From the NCBI GenBank assembly GCA_030390025.1, contig CM059443.1, positions 63,798,001-63,862,000 of the forward strand: DNA of 64,000 nt, written 5' to 3'. The notes beneath the pieces are model-generated. The model was not told the DNA's origin. It did not search any database and saw only the letters and a program-made list of their open reading frames with translations. Origin of the DNA: Squalus acanthias. Taxonomy: Eukaryota. The translations under genes and the position numbers were made by a program. Shown here in pieces: positions 24,966 to 38,596 of this stretch (positions are counted from its first letter, which is position 1; each line of letters begins with the position of its first letter).

Positions 24966-27900
24966 ATGTCCGCCTGCAACGCCTTCACTGAACACGTCTG
25001 GAAGCCTGGTGAATGCAAGAACTGTTTTAAGCCCAAAAGTTTGCATTGTTTGACTACTGCCTCTGAAACCCCCCCTCTTTCATGTAACAATTTAAAAACT
25101 AATGCTAACCATAGCAACAACCACCGGGGTAGGTCAGGCACTGGTAACTTTCGACCTCCTGTTGCTAAGAAGCCAACAATTGCTGTGAAGCCCACCATGA
25201 TGGTCATGGATGGACAAACTGTGAGTGCAGAAATGGAGGTATTGGAAAGCTGTGAAAATAAGCATGTGTTTGTAGGATGGAATAGGAATGGTGTTCTAAT
25301 CAACAGGAAACCGGTGAACAACAACAACAATGAAGAGAACAACAGCAATTCTCAGAGGGCTAGTGGCCCAGACAGAATTGTTAATAATAGGATACCCAAC
25401 AACAATAATAATGGATTAACTGACGTATTGAAGGAAATTGTTGGATTTGAGCCTGAGCGCCACTTGCAAGGCAAAGAATGTGACAGAGAGTCCTTTCTTG
25501 GAAGGATCAACAAATGTTATCAGCGTTCACTGGAAAGGAAGCTTCCTCCGAGCTGCATTGTGGCAGGTATGAAAGAGAATATGGGTAAGCATGTTATGCT
25601 CAGCAGCAGCTTAGACGTCATCAGCAATGAGGGAGGACTCTTCTGCTACCCAGACTGCTCCTTCAGCGGCGATCGAAGAGTGGATAATGAGTCAAGTGAG
25701 AACGTGACAGAAGAACGAGAAAGTTGGGATGAAAGTGATGAAGAGCTGTTGGCAATGGAAATACGGATGCGTGGTCAGCCACGTTTTGCTAACTTTAGGG
25801 CCAACACACTGTCTCCTGTCAGGTTCTGCAGTGACAAAAAGTGGAACACAGTGCCATTACGAAAGCAGTCCCTGCAGAGAATTTGTGCTGTGGACTACGA
25901 TGATAGTTATGATGAAATTCTAAATGGATATGGTGATGAAGCCTTGATTCCATATGGCCAGGACAGTATGCCAAGCATATTATCTTCTGAATCTACATCT
26001 CCTGATTCCTCAATGACAGAGGGATCTCAAACTGGGACGACAAAAACTACACACCACCAACAACTTTGCAATGGTGACCTTACTCCAAATGACTGCAAAA
26101 GCACCAAGTTTATTGAACCCGATTACGAAAGCATAAATGAAAATGAACAGGTTCCCCAAGTAAAGCAGGCTCCATTTAAGCCAGCAAGAGGCACAGCGGT
26201 AAAATCTCTAGAAACTCATAAAGCTGTTCTTGCATTGAGGTTGGAAGAGAAGGATGGAAAGATAGCCCTACAAAGTGAGAAGCAGGAATTCACCATAAAT
26301 TCCGCAGACAGTCCTGGGCAAACTGTGACAATTAACATTATTCCAAAGGAAGAACAAGCAAAACCATATAGAGTTGTGGATTTAGAACCGCCAGGTATGT
26401 GCAAACCATACACTGTAGTCGATGTATCCGCAGCAATGACCAATAAAAAGTCTGACAGTCCACCCGAATCTCTTCAAGGCACAAAGACTTCACCAGTGAG
26501 TACAAACCCACCCACACCACTCTCGAGCCAGATAAACAACCAGAAAAAGTTAAGTATCACCAGATATCAAGAGGTGTGGACTTCCAGCACTAGCCCTCGA
26601 CAAAAAATGCCCAGAGTGGCTTTAATGTCAAGTAGTTCTGGCCCTACACCTCCCCCAAGACAGATTAGTCATAAATCTGCTCCTACTTCACCTACTACTA
26701 CAAATATTATTTCAAAAACTATTCCTGTGAAGTCTCCAAATCTGTCTGAGATAAAGTTCAATAGTTACAACAATGCTGGGATGCCTCCTTTCCCTATCAT
26801 CATACATGATGAACCAACATATGCGCAGAGTTCAAAGCACAAGGCTATAAAAGTACCAATAGTAATTAATCCAAACGCTTATGATAACTTGGCCATTTAT
26901 AAAAGCTTCTTGGGTCCTAGTGGATCACATTTGAAAAAGGAAACTTCAGAAAATGTAATGAGCCATACATATGAGGAAATTGGATCATCAGAAAGGAAAT
27001 CTGTAGATTTGCCCCAAGCAAAAGGAGTGAGTACCAGCACAGAACGAAAGCTGCTTGGTTCTGTTGCACAGAAAGTGCAGGAATTCAACAACGCACAAAA
27101 CAAAGCACAAATCATGTCACAGTCCTCACCCCACAAAAGCTTTGGATCCAATCAAAGCTCTCCTTCCAGAATTCAGAGATCTATTCAAGACTCACCAGCC
27201 AGAAAAGAAGAAACACCAGAAAGGCAGATATCGTCAGGAGGTAGGGAAAATGCCAGCACTGTGCTTTCCCAAATTGTTGCATCTATTCAGCCTCCACAGC
27301 TGCCGCCCGAAAATCCCCAGGCACAATCAAAAGCCAGCAGTGCAGAAGAGCTTTACTCTCAGCCACCTGCCATCTCAGAAGGCAACAGAGACATTCACAC
27401 GCGCCCAAAGTCATTATTCTCCCCACAGGCAAATGGTGGAACAGAAGTGTCCAAAGTGATGGACAGCACTCTCGCAAAAGGACAGAAAGAAAGCATTCTA
27501 ACAAAGCAGGTCACTGTCCCCACATCTAAACCAGGTACAGTACAATCTCCCGGTGCAACTAGCCTGAGTCCTAAGAGTGAACAACTGCCTCCATTTCCAC
27601 CCCCACGTTCTACATCTTCCCCATACCATGCCAGCAACCTTCTGCACAAGCATTTCAGTAACTGGGGCAAGCCAACAAGCCCTGTACGAACACCCGAGAC
27701 CGAATCTCCACTGCTAAACCCAGAGGGTCGCCAACGGCCACAAGAGGCTAAACCAAAACGATGGATCTCCTTCAAAAGCTTCTTTCGTCGCCGTAAGACT
27801 GAGGAAGAGGAGGAGAAAGAAAAAGACAAAGACAAGTTAATTGGACTGAATGGACGAGTGATACACATGCTGCCGCCGCCACCCATACAAAGACACCACC

Positions 27901-28181
27901 TGTGCAGTGATCAGAAGATATTAGAACCATCTGAGAAGCTGACCGCCATACTGAGTTACAAACAAGAGCTTGGACTGGATGATGTAAAGCCCGAGACTGG
28001 CAAACTGGATGCTGCTACAATAGACACTGAAATCCATTCTACCCCCAACGAAACGCAGGTCATGGTATCTGGATTGAAAGACGATGGAAAGCCTGCAGTG
28101 GGTGTGCCTGAAAGTGAAAAAGAAATCTGCTGTCCAGACAGTCATAATTCTCCCCACCTCCCCACCAAAGAAATGTAACAA
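24966..28181 (+). CDS. PEAK1: PEAK1/SgK269 first coding exon (large disordered N-terminal region); exon probably starts at 24847; apparent +1 frameshift near its 3' end
   Basis: 1070-aa ORF starts MSACNAFTEHVWKPGECKNCFKPKSLH and has the PEAK1 blocks RPPVAKKPTIAVKPTM, SWDESDEELLAMEIRMRGQPRFANFRA, NPNAYDNLAIYKSFLG, HTYEEI and KPKRWISFKSFFRRRK. Acceptor tttccAG at 24845-24846; donor GTAAGT at 28182. Confidence 0.96.
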
Positions 28182-29794
28182 GTAAGTGATGCCTTTATTT
28201 AGTTTATTTTTTTTCATTTGTCAAATGTTGGAGCGAGTACTTTTTCCTATCTTCGTCCACCAGGCATGTGAATGTGTTTAAACCTGTTTTTCAACTGTGC
28301 ATTTATTTTTATATTTATTCCAGTGTATTGCTGCTAGATAAATATTTTTTACAAGGACTTCCCTGCGCCTCCACCTCCTCCTCCTAGGCATGCTACTTGG
28401 TCAGTCTTCTGCAGTATGTAGAGGATTCTGAAAATGAAAACTAGGTCACTCATCTTTTATAAGATGGCCTTCATTGAATTGAGCTGTTCTCTATACACTG
28501 AGTTCACAACCAACCATCTCTTAGGTCTTTGCTTTGCAGCGCTTATGCTTTTTGTGAAACCCCTACATTCCCAGGGCAAAACAAGTGACGGCTCCAGCCT
28601 TGTATTCCATTTACACTGTGCGGGAAGGTGAAAAGTCACCAGGCTGATGTGCCGAAGTTCTGAACATCGGTTTCTTAAAGACATTGCCCTTCCTGTTGTT
28701 TCCCCTCCATTGTCAACTTCCAGAGGGATTGAATCTACTGCTACACTGTGCAGGGATGCTTCAACTGAAAAGATGAGGACATCTCGGTGCAAGGTTGGCA
28801 ACTTATCTTTTCAAACCAAGTAACAACATACATTTGGAACACATTTTAATTTGATATTATTCACTAACCTTTTGTCAAGAGCCACGATCCCAAGTAGTGT
28901 TCTTGAGGCCCATTCCCAGGAATGTTGTAACGCACTGCGTCATTGAGCGATGGACCGGTCCTGCAGTTCTACTCAGCTGCACTCCTATTTCAAATGTGCC
29001 ACTCTACACACTTGCTGAGTGGAGGGGTAGGCACTTTCCCCACAGGAAGAGGGGGCGGGGGGGGGATATCACAGGACTGATGGTCCAGTTATAGCTCTGG
29101 GTTTTAATAGAGACTTATCATTTGCTCTCTCCGTGCTGAAATACCCCGTATTTAATAACATTCCTCTGCTTTCTTTCCTTGGACAGCAAGAGAGAAAGAA
29201 AGACGGCACTGAATTCCATTCTGAGAATTTTGAGATTGATTTGCAATCTTTAACTTGCTTCCCAGTATCATCAGGTTTATATGATATGTTCTCTGACAGT
29301 TTAAAAAAAAGTAGTAATCATTGCACTACTGAACTCATCTGTTATTTACTCACACTTATCCCAATTGACAACATCAGAAGGATGTAATCACTTGTAATGT
29401 GCAAAAGGAAAAAAATATATGATTCATGGCAGGGTATGATTGCAGTTCAGTTATTGCAAGTAAATGTGCTGTGATTTTTTAAATTATATTGTGCTTATTT
29501 TGTGTACAATATATTTTATACATATGGTATTGAAATTACAGATTTTTCACTGGACCATATCAAAACATTGTTGTGTTTCATTGTGCAGCTATTGAATTTT
29601 GCAGGTTTAGGACTGTATTAGGCATGCCTGTATTTGCTGCTTAAAAAAAACCAAAAGTTTTCTGCACAGACTATTTTGTAATGAATGATATTCTGCAGGA
29701 ATGGATGGAATTTTCAATGCCCAGACACGTTAGAACTTACAGTATTCATATGAAAAATAAAAGCAGAAGTGGTAGCCATGAATATCATTCCAGA

Positions 29795-30369
29795 AGCTGA
29801 AACCCTCATCCATGCCGTTGTTACCTCCAGACTCTCCTATTCCAACGTTCTCCTGGCCGGCCTCCCATTTTCCACCCTCCATAAACTTGAGCTCATTCAA
29901 ATCTCTGCTGCCCGTACCTAACTCGCACCAAGTCCCATTCACCCATCACCCCTGTGCTTGCTGATTTACGAGCTCCCGGTCCAGCAACGCCTCGATTTTA
30001 AAATTCACATCCTCGGGTTCAAATCCCTTCGTGGCCTCGCCCCTCCCTATCTCTGTAACCTCCTCCAGCCCTGCAACCCTCAGAGACCTCTGCGTTCCTC
30101 CAATTCTGGCCGCTGGTGCAACCCCAACTTCCTTTACCCCACCATTGGCGGCTGTGCCATCAACCTGTCTAGGCACTAAGCTCTGGAATTCCCTCCTAAA
30201 ACTCTTTGCCTCGCTAGCTCTCTCCTTTAAGACACCCAAGCTTATGGTCACCTGTCCTAATATCTCCTTCTTTGGCTCGGTGTCAATTTTTTTTGTTTGG
30301 TTACGCTCCTGTGAAGAACCTTGGGATGTTTTACTACATTAAAGGCGCTATATAAATGCAAGTTGTTGT
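29795..30369 (+). mobile_element. L2 3' fragment
   Basis: GCTGAAACCCTCATCCATGCC..LPVQQRLDFKI; tail AAAGGCGCTATATAAATGCAAGTTGTTG. Confidence 0.88.
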
Positions 30370-30809
30370 AGAATTAATTTACTCTGTTAAGATTTCATGT
30401 TCCCGTGACTGTAGAATAAACATAGCCTGTGAGCAGTGACAGCTCATGGCTAAAGCTTTTCTCACTCGGTTACTGTCTGTATAACTGTTGCACAGTTGTA
30501 ACTCAAGTTAATTCTTCAGTGTGATTTAAAAATGTTATCGAATTAATTGAATTGGTTTATCTTTTAGAAACCTATTGAACTGCATATTTCTCATGTTTAG
30601 TTCATTCCTAAAAAGCTGTGCAGATTCTTTTTTTAATTGCGTGAGAAAACGTGATGGAAGAAACATAGAATAAATCTGGGTTTTAAAGGCTATTTGTGTA
30701 TCGTCTGTCATAGGAAAATATTGGACACCAAAGCTTTCATTTTGACACCAGAAAGTTTGTCCTGTTCTGACCCTGGGTTATTCTTCAGCCATATCTCTCA
30801 TCAAGATAT

Positions 30810-31385
30810 TTCCACCTTTTCAGCAATGCCTGCCTTAACTCCTACCTCCCCCTCCATGCCTTTGTGAACTCCATGCTCGATTTCTCAAATACTCATCGGT
30901 ATTCTGCGCTCCGTCCTACACAAACTTCAACTCATTCAAAACTTTGGCCGCCCTCCTCTTACCCTGCTACCCCAACAGTTCTGTCCTTGCCAATCTCCAT
31001 TAGTTTCAGTTCCTCCCAGTTTATTAAAATCCTCATCCTCATTTACAATACTTCCACAGCCTCACCCCACCCTACCCTACCTCTGCAACATCCTTCAGCC
31101 CTCTGTGTTAGTACGTGACTCCTTTGTATTTCCCTACCTCCCTCCGTTCCATTAATGGTTGCAGAGCCTTCAGCCATCTTGGCCCTCCAGTCTGGAGCTC
31201 TCTCCATATACCCAATGCCTTGCTACTTCTATCCTCACTTTCAAAAGTCTCCTAAATCTGACCTCTTTGACTATGCCTTTGGCTTTTGGCCTTCTCCCCT
31301 AAATCTTCTCTTATTACTGCTTGGACTCTGTTTCTGCTTCTGTTAAGTGCTTTGGGATATAATAGGTGCTATGTAATGTTGTTTG
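30810..31385 (+). mobile_element. Degraded L2 3' fragment
   Basis: Diverged similarity to the neighbouring L2 copies. Confidence 0.55.
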
Positions 31386-31579
31386 ATGTGTTTATACAGA
31401 TATTTAGGTTATAAGGATAGCCTTGGTGGTGGTACAGTAAACTTATATAGTATGCTGTATACTATGGAGTGGCTCACTGCATTTGTGTTTCCCATTCTCC
31501 CCTAACATAATGAGTTTTTCATTTTAGCCAGGGACAAATCAGATGACAGTCTGACATACAGTTCTGGATGAGCAAAAAT

Positions 31580-32451
31580 TTTCTCTAATTAAATAATAGG
31601 AAGACCGAAGCCATTGTTTTCGGTCCCTGCCACAAACTCCGTTCCCTAGCCACTGACTCCATCCCTCTCCCTAACATCTGTCTGAGGCTGAACCACACTG
31701 TTTGCAACCTTGGTGTCATATTTGACCCTGAAATGAGCTTCCAACCACACATCCGCAGCATAACAAAGACCACCTACTTCCACTTCCATAACATCGCCCA
31801 TCTCCGCCCTTGCCTCAGCTCATCCGCTGCTGAAACCCTCATCCATGCCTTTGTTACCTCTAGACTTGACTATTCCAATGTACTCCTGGCTGGCCTCCCA
31901 CATTCTACCCTACGTAAACTTGAGATTATCCAAAACTCGGCTGCCCGTGTCCTAACTCGCACCAAGTCCCGTTCGCCCATCGCCCCCTGTGCTCGCTGAC
32001 CTACATTGGCTCCCGGTTAAGCAGCGCCTCGGTTTTAAAATTCTCATCCTTGTTTTCAAATCTCTCCATGGCCTCGCCCCTCCCTATCTCTGTAATCTCC
32101 TTCAGCCCCCCCCCCCCCCCCCCCCCCCCCCCGAGATATCTGCGCTCCTCTAATTCTGCCCTCTTGAGCATCCCTGATTATAATCGCTCAACCTTTGGTG
32201 GCCGTGCCTTCTGTTGCCTAGGCCCTAAGCTCTGGAATTCCCTGCCTAAAACTGTCCGCCTCGCTACCTCTCTCTCCTCCTTTAAGACGCTCCTTAAAAC
32301 CTACCTCTTTGACCGAGCTTTTTGTCACCTGCCCTAATTTCTTCATATCTGGCTCGGTGTCAAATTTTTTGTCTTAAAATACTCCTGTGCAGCGTCTTGG
32401 GACGTTTTACTATGTTAAAGGCGCAATATAAATACAAGTTGTTGTTGTTGT
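31580..32451 (+). mobile_element. L2 3' fragment (young) with an internal poly-C tract
   Basis: ORF 31733-31999 AETLIHAFVTSRLDYSN..IQNSAARVLT; ORF 32050-32337 RAFCCLGPKLWNSLP; (GTT)n tail. Confidence 0.92.
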
Positions 32452-33474
32452 CATTTTCCTGTTGGGAGGAAGAAAGAAATTAGCGATGAGTTCCAGGACT
32501 ACTGTTATGTGCCTTATATTGCCTGGTTAGATTGTAGTATTGTCAAAATTCATGTTGTCTGCCAGTATTCTTGGTTGAGGCAAGGTTCAGGGAGATCTTT
32601 ATGGAGAAACATTTTTTTTAAAGATAAAAATGTACTAATAGTAAATAGAATAAACCATTTTTCTCAGTGATAACTAGCTACTACCATTTCACTTGCATGG
32701 TCTATAGCATGCAGTTATGGAACTTTCACACACAAAATACCGCTATACATATTACATCGTATCCCCAAAGGAAAAAAGGTTTGGTTGGTGCCGATCATGG
32801 GGTTTAATGATTTGTTAACCTCTGACTTGCAGGCAATGGCACTTTGATCAAAATAGAAGTTTATTCTCAATTGGTGTTAATCTATGTTAATCCTAAATTG
32901 TATATAGCGAGACATCTTTATGCTTATCGGCATGTCTCATCAACTGTTATTTCCGTAACATTCTTTAAAACTGTTGGTTAGAGGCAGTCTGCAAGCAGAT
33001 GTTTTATGTGTAGCTCCCCTCCCTGCGACATTGTGCAACTCTTCTCCAGTGACACCCTGAATGAGGATGGGTTGACCGCAGTTTCCATTCGTGATGTTGC
33101 AAGACCTGAACTTGCCGGTATTTACTGCCCATTCACTCAGGGCCTCCAAAATCTTGACTAATCTGATTATAGTTTCACTGAGAAACTGGTTGTGAACATA
33201 TATCACATGAACCACTATGGTTCTGTGCCGATTATGAATTTAGCAACATCATCTGCATGATACAGCATTCAGGATTAAGTAATGTTAAATTGATATCCTA
33301 GGGTATTGTGCTCAGTTATCTTCAGGGTCAAGAAGGAATTTCATAGATGCTCTCAGAAGTTTTACCTATTTTTTGCCTCATTTAGGAAATCAGGGTAAGT
33401 TTAAGATACAAATTGTATATGATCTGTTAGAGGCAGTAAGCTTGATGGACTGAATGGTCTTTTGTCCTTGGAAA

Positions 33475-35035
33475 ATATTTATAGCACAGAACCAGGCTGT
33501 TTGACTCAAAAGATTCATGCCGGTGTTAATGCTCCACATGAACCTCCTCCCACCCTTTTTCATCTAACCCCGTCAATATATCCTGCTATTCTTTTCTTCC
33601 TCGTGTGCTTATCTAGCTTCCCCTTAAATCCATCTATGCTATTCGCCTCAACTACTCCTTGTGGTAGCAAGTTTCACATGCCCATTCTCTGGCTAAAGAA
33701 CTTTCTCCTGAATTCCCTATTGGATTTATTAGTGACTATTTTATATGTTGGCCCCTAGTTCTGATATCGCCCGCAAGTGGAAACACCTTCTCTACGTCTA
33801 CCCTATCAAACCCTTTCATAATCTTGATGACCTCTATCAGGTCACCCCTCAGTCTTCTCATTTTTGGAGAAAAAAAGCCCCAGACTGTTCAATCTTTCCT
33901 GATGGTTATAACCTGATGGTTCTGGTATCATTCTAGTAAATCTTTTTTGCACCTTCTCAATTGCCTCTGTATCTTTTTTTTTCATGGAGACCAGAACTGT
34001 TCACAGTACTTCGTGGTCTAACAAGTTCCATACAAGTTTAACATAACTTCTCTGCTTTTCAATTCTATCCCTCTAGAAATGAACCCCAGTGCTTTGTTTG
34101 CTTTTTTTTATGGCCTTATTAACCTGCGTTGCTACTTTTAGTGATTTGTTTATCTGTGCCCCCAGATCCCTCTGCTCCTCGACCCCATTTAGACACTTGT
34201 TTTCCAAGGAGCATGTGGCCTCCTTATTTTTCTATCAAAATTTACCACCTCACACTTACCTATATTGAAGTTCATTTGCCAATTACACGCCGATTTTGCA
34301 AGTTTATTAATGTCTTCCTGTATTTTGTCGCAGTCCTCCTCTGTATTAACTACAACCCCCAATTTGGTGTCATCTGCAAATTTCGAAATTGGACTTCTGA
34401 TTCCCGAGTCCAAATCGTTTATGTAAATGGTAGACAACAATGTTCCCAGCACCGATCCTTGTGGAACACCACTTCCCACCTTTTGCTAATCTGAGTAACT
34501 ACCTTTAACCCCTACTCTCTGTTTTCTGTTTTGTAGCCAGCTTGCTATCCATTCCACTACTTGTCCCCTGACTCCACATGTTCTGACCTTAGTCATGAGT
34601 CTACTATGCGGTACCTTGTCGAGGGCTTTTTGGAAATCCAAATATATTACGTCTACTGCATTGCCCTCATCTACCCTTTCTGTCACTTCAGAGAATTCAG
34701 TAAGGTTGGTCAAGCATGTCCTTCCCTTTTGGAACCTGTGCTGACTAATCTTTACTATATTTTCAATTTCTAGATGTTTTTCTATTACATGTTTGAGTAA
34801 GAACTCCATTATCTTTTCCTACCACCGATGTTAAGCTAATTGGTCTATAATTCCCTGGACTACTTCTAACTTCCGTTTTATATATAGTAATCACATTAGC
34901 TGTCCGCCGGGCCTCTGGCACGATTCCCTTTTCTAATGAATTTTTATATATATATGTAATAGTGCCTCTGCTACCTCTTCCTTGACTACTTTTAATACGC
35001 GTCGACGCAATCCATCCAGGCCAGGGGTTCTGTCC
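33475..35035 (-). mobile_element. CR1 LINE fragment including the RT core (frameshifted)
   Basis: ORFs 34486-34809 (VDVIYLDFQKALDKVPH) and 34189-34479 (SGVPQGSVLG..KFADDTKL). Confidence 0.92.
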
Positions 35036-35857
35036 TCCTTCTGTAACTTATATTCTTAATCAGGAGTATATTTGGCAGAAGCGGACAGTCCCAAGCTGTT
35101 GAATTTTTTAAACTTGCACTACCAATACTAGGAGTGCTGTATGAAAGGGCTACCACAGGCCTGTGTAAACTTGGATACAGTATACACTCTGTAATCTTGA
35201 ACAAATTTGAGTCTGAGGTATTTTGGGGTGGGACTCGGCAAGCTGGGAGGCATTCTTAACAACCTGCAAATGTTTTAGAAATTATTTAGTATTTTTCAGC
35301 AGCACTGAGAAGAATGGTCAAAAATTTTCCTGTGACCTTTTCATGCTCCATTTGAAATGTTTAGTTGAAAATTTGAAATTCTTTTATGCATGAAGCAGTG
35401 TTGCGCCTGCAAGAAACAATGCCTTTCTAAACTTAGCTCAAATTTCCCCTTGGCTGGCACATGCCCAAATCTATTGAATCATCAAAAACTGATTCTGCAA
35501 GCTGGCGCTCAAGTGTTCCTAGACTGCCAAGGAATGAGTGGAAAATGCATTGGGGGTCGGATATGATCACTGCCCCAGTATTCCCCCCATCGACCTGAAC
35601 TGCACAGGTTGCCAGGAGTTTGGACAATTGCCACTAATGTAGCAGGGAATTGTATTGCTGGTAAATGTGGAGGAAACGATTCAAAAGCAAAGAATATTTA
35701 TAGCAAGTAGAGCTTCCTGTCTGATGTTTATTGTATAAATGTCTTATTGGTTGCACAATGCAACCATAAATATACACTAATGGGAATGGCAGAATCCATA
35801 TCCTTTTATGCTCCATTGAATTGAAAATCTGTTCATTCCTTTTTCTTTTGCCCCTCA

Positions 35858-36249
35858 CTTCGATTTTAAAATTCTCATCCTCGTTTTCAAATCCCTCCAT
35901 GGCCTCGCCCCTCCCAATCTCTAACCTCCTCCAGCCCTACAACCCACCGAGATCGCTGCGCTCCTCCAATTCTGGCTATTTGCACATCCCTGATTTCCAT
36001 CGCACCACCGTTGACGGCCGTACCTTCAGCTGTATAGCTCTGGAATTCCCTCCCTAAACCTCACCACCCTCTCTACCTCTCTCTCCTCCTTTAAGACACT
36101 CCTTAAAACCAACCACTTTGACCAAACTTTTGATCACCTGCCCTAATATTTCTTTGTGGCTCGGTGTCAAATTTTTTTATTCTGTGAAGCGCATTGGGAC
36201 ATTTTACAATGTTAAAAGGACTACTGTATATAAATGCAAGTTCTTGTTG
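35858..36249 (+). mobile_element. L2 3' fragment
   Basis: TTTAAAATTCTCATCCTCGTTTTCAAATCCCTCCATGGCC.. through the TATAAATGCAAG tail. Confidence 0.85.
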
Positions 36250-37425
36250 ATCAAGAGTGTTCCCAGAAATAATCTGGTCCACTGCCCCCCCGAGTTACTC
36301 CTGGTAATAGCAAAGCTTATTCCCAGGACTAACCTTGCTGTGGGCCACCCAATATTGCACCAACCTGACTGCGGCAAGCCGCATCAGGACACCTGTTTGG
36401 GGTGGGTGGCTCGCCGGTTCTGTTTAAATGAGGCCCAGGCCTCGAAATAGATCCGACCTCTTCGCTCCTGTCACGGCCGGACAACCGGTGCGTTCGGCCC
36501 CCGAGAGTTACAATCTACCCCATTGTGTTTTATCTGCATGTCTTGTTGCGTTTGATATCAGGTGATACAGAAAATCTACATTGTGTAACTGTTTATGTCG
36601 CTAGGATACCATGAATGAATCAGTATTAAGTACACATTACTGGAGGCATGATGTGGACGGTTTCAGCTGCAGGTGTGGGAAAATAAAAAATTGTAGAACG
36701 GGGATAAACTAAGGATGTGGCAGTTCAGTTTTTCATATGTTTTAGCAGCTTAACCTGAGAGTAAGTGTATGAGTACCTGCTCATTTAATGTATCCAATTG
36801 AATGGAACAAACATCTGTTGTCAGGTTGCATATTATAACTCCAAACTTATCACCTTTAATTCCTCTAAAATAAAAAAAAAACCTCCACATACATTCAAGC
36901 ACATACTGCTTATTTTCTGTCTGTGTGACTTCCTATTGCTGATGTATGACCAATGTCAATATGAACCTATTCTATATGTTGTGAAATAGTTGAGAGAAGA
37001 GGAGCACAATTTGCATTTGAATGAAGAGGTGACTAATATGTTAATCATCAGCTGTAAACACATTCATCATGACTCATTAGCCTTCAAGAGGCTGCAAAAT
37101 TAAACTAATTCTCATAATGGATGCTTCACGTCAATTTTGTTGATGGATAATGGCAAACAACTATTAGTTCAAATTCTTTGTTACCCAATATATGCCCTAC
37201 TTCTCAACTTCCCTGCTTTAGTTGGGACGACCTGACTGCTGAGAAAAGTAGCAGCAAAATGGAAGATGCAAAAATCAGGTGATCTGCCAGGTTAAGAGTT
37301 AATCACCCTGCACCTAGCACTGACCTAAGTTACACCTATTCAACATAGGTTGAGAAGTTACAGGTTAATAAGTGTAGCATATCTAATGCTGATTCCTATA
37401 TTCATAAAACACACTGTATAGTTGT

Positions 37426-37865
37426 CAGCTGTGGCTCAGTGGTAGCACTCTCGCCTTTGAGTCAGTAGGTTGTGGTTTCAAGCCCCACTCCAAAGATCAG
37501 CGCACAATCCAGGCTGACACTCCCAGTGCAGTACTGAGGGAGTGCTGCACTGTCGGAGGTGCCGTTTTTCGGATGAGACGTTAAACCGAGGCCCCGTCTG
37601 CCCCCTCAGTTGGACGTAAAAGATCCCACGGAACTATTAAAAGAAGAGCTTGGGGGGTTATTCCTGGTGTCCTGGCCAATATTTATCCTTCAGCCAACAT
37701 CGTTAAAACAAATTATCTGGTCATTTATCTCATTGTTGTTTGTGGGACCTTGCTTTGTGCAAATTAGCTGCCGCATTTCCTAAAACAGTGGCTACAAAAG
37801 TACTTCACTGGCTGTGAAGCACTTTGGGATGACCTGAGGTTGTGAAAGGCTGTATAAATGCAAAT
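37426..37865 (+). mobile_element. Near full-length tRNA-derived Deu-domain SINE (SacSINE1-like)
   Basis: A box TGGCTCAGTGG, B box-like GGTTTCAAGCCC, Deu core GTACTGAGGGAGTGCTGCACTGTCGGAGGTGCCG..GGATGAGACGTTAAACCGAGG, and L2-like tail GTGAAGCACTTTGGGATG..TATAAATGCA. Confidence 0.85.
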
Positions 37866-38540
37866 TCATTTGTTCTATCTTTTGTAGCTTTCCAACACTG
37901 CAGGTTCTTTATTTCTGCTACAACAACATTGTTGGGCAGTCTCTGTTGCTTTGGCTATTTTGTCCTAATTATGCACTCAGGCTAATGTATGCTGTGAACT
38001 TTTGAACTGTAGAGCACAAGGAACTCTTCAGAACAAATATTACAGCAATACTTGGGCCTTTTTAGGGGTAATCAGTGTATCGGGAAGGTGAAGGTTTGCT
38101 TTTTGTTAGATTTGTGATACTGCATGGTAAGGTTATTTTGTCTCTTGCTTCCAAATTATTTTGCCACACAAATGTTTCCCTTCCCCTCCTAAAGGTGCTG
38201 CCTCTTCTTGGGATATCTTCTTGTGAGTTACGGCCCTGTCAGGTACGTGGCCAAAATGGCCATTCTTCATATACGAGTTTAGATAGTGACTATTGGCAAG
38301 CTATTTGACCGTGGGGATGTCACGTGTACTTTCCGAGAGAGACCACTGGATAACAATCAGGAGTTGTGAATCTGACAGACTGGCCCCGTCCTATCCTCTG
38401 CTGAGATATCTGGAAAGGCACAAAGCAGAGGTGAAGTGCTTGACTTACCCTTCCCACCTCTGCCCAAAAGGAACAAAATGTGAAATCTCTATCACCCCAT
38501 GTGTTTAACAACTGGTTCTAGTCCATTGAACAAGTACCTG

Positions 38541-38541
<1 letters not shown>

Positions 38542-38592
<51 letters not shown>
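38542..38592. repeat. (CT)n microsatellite
   Basis: About 25 perfect CT units. Confidence 0.95.

Positions 38593-38596
<4 letters not shown>

Noticed and set aside
24785-28217. Antisense ORFs over the large PEAK1 exon (e.g. 187 aa, 163 aa)
   Set aside because: No recognisable homology; expected by chance opposite a long coding exon.
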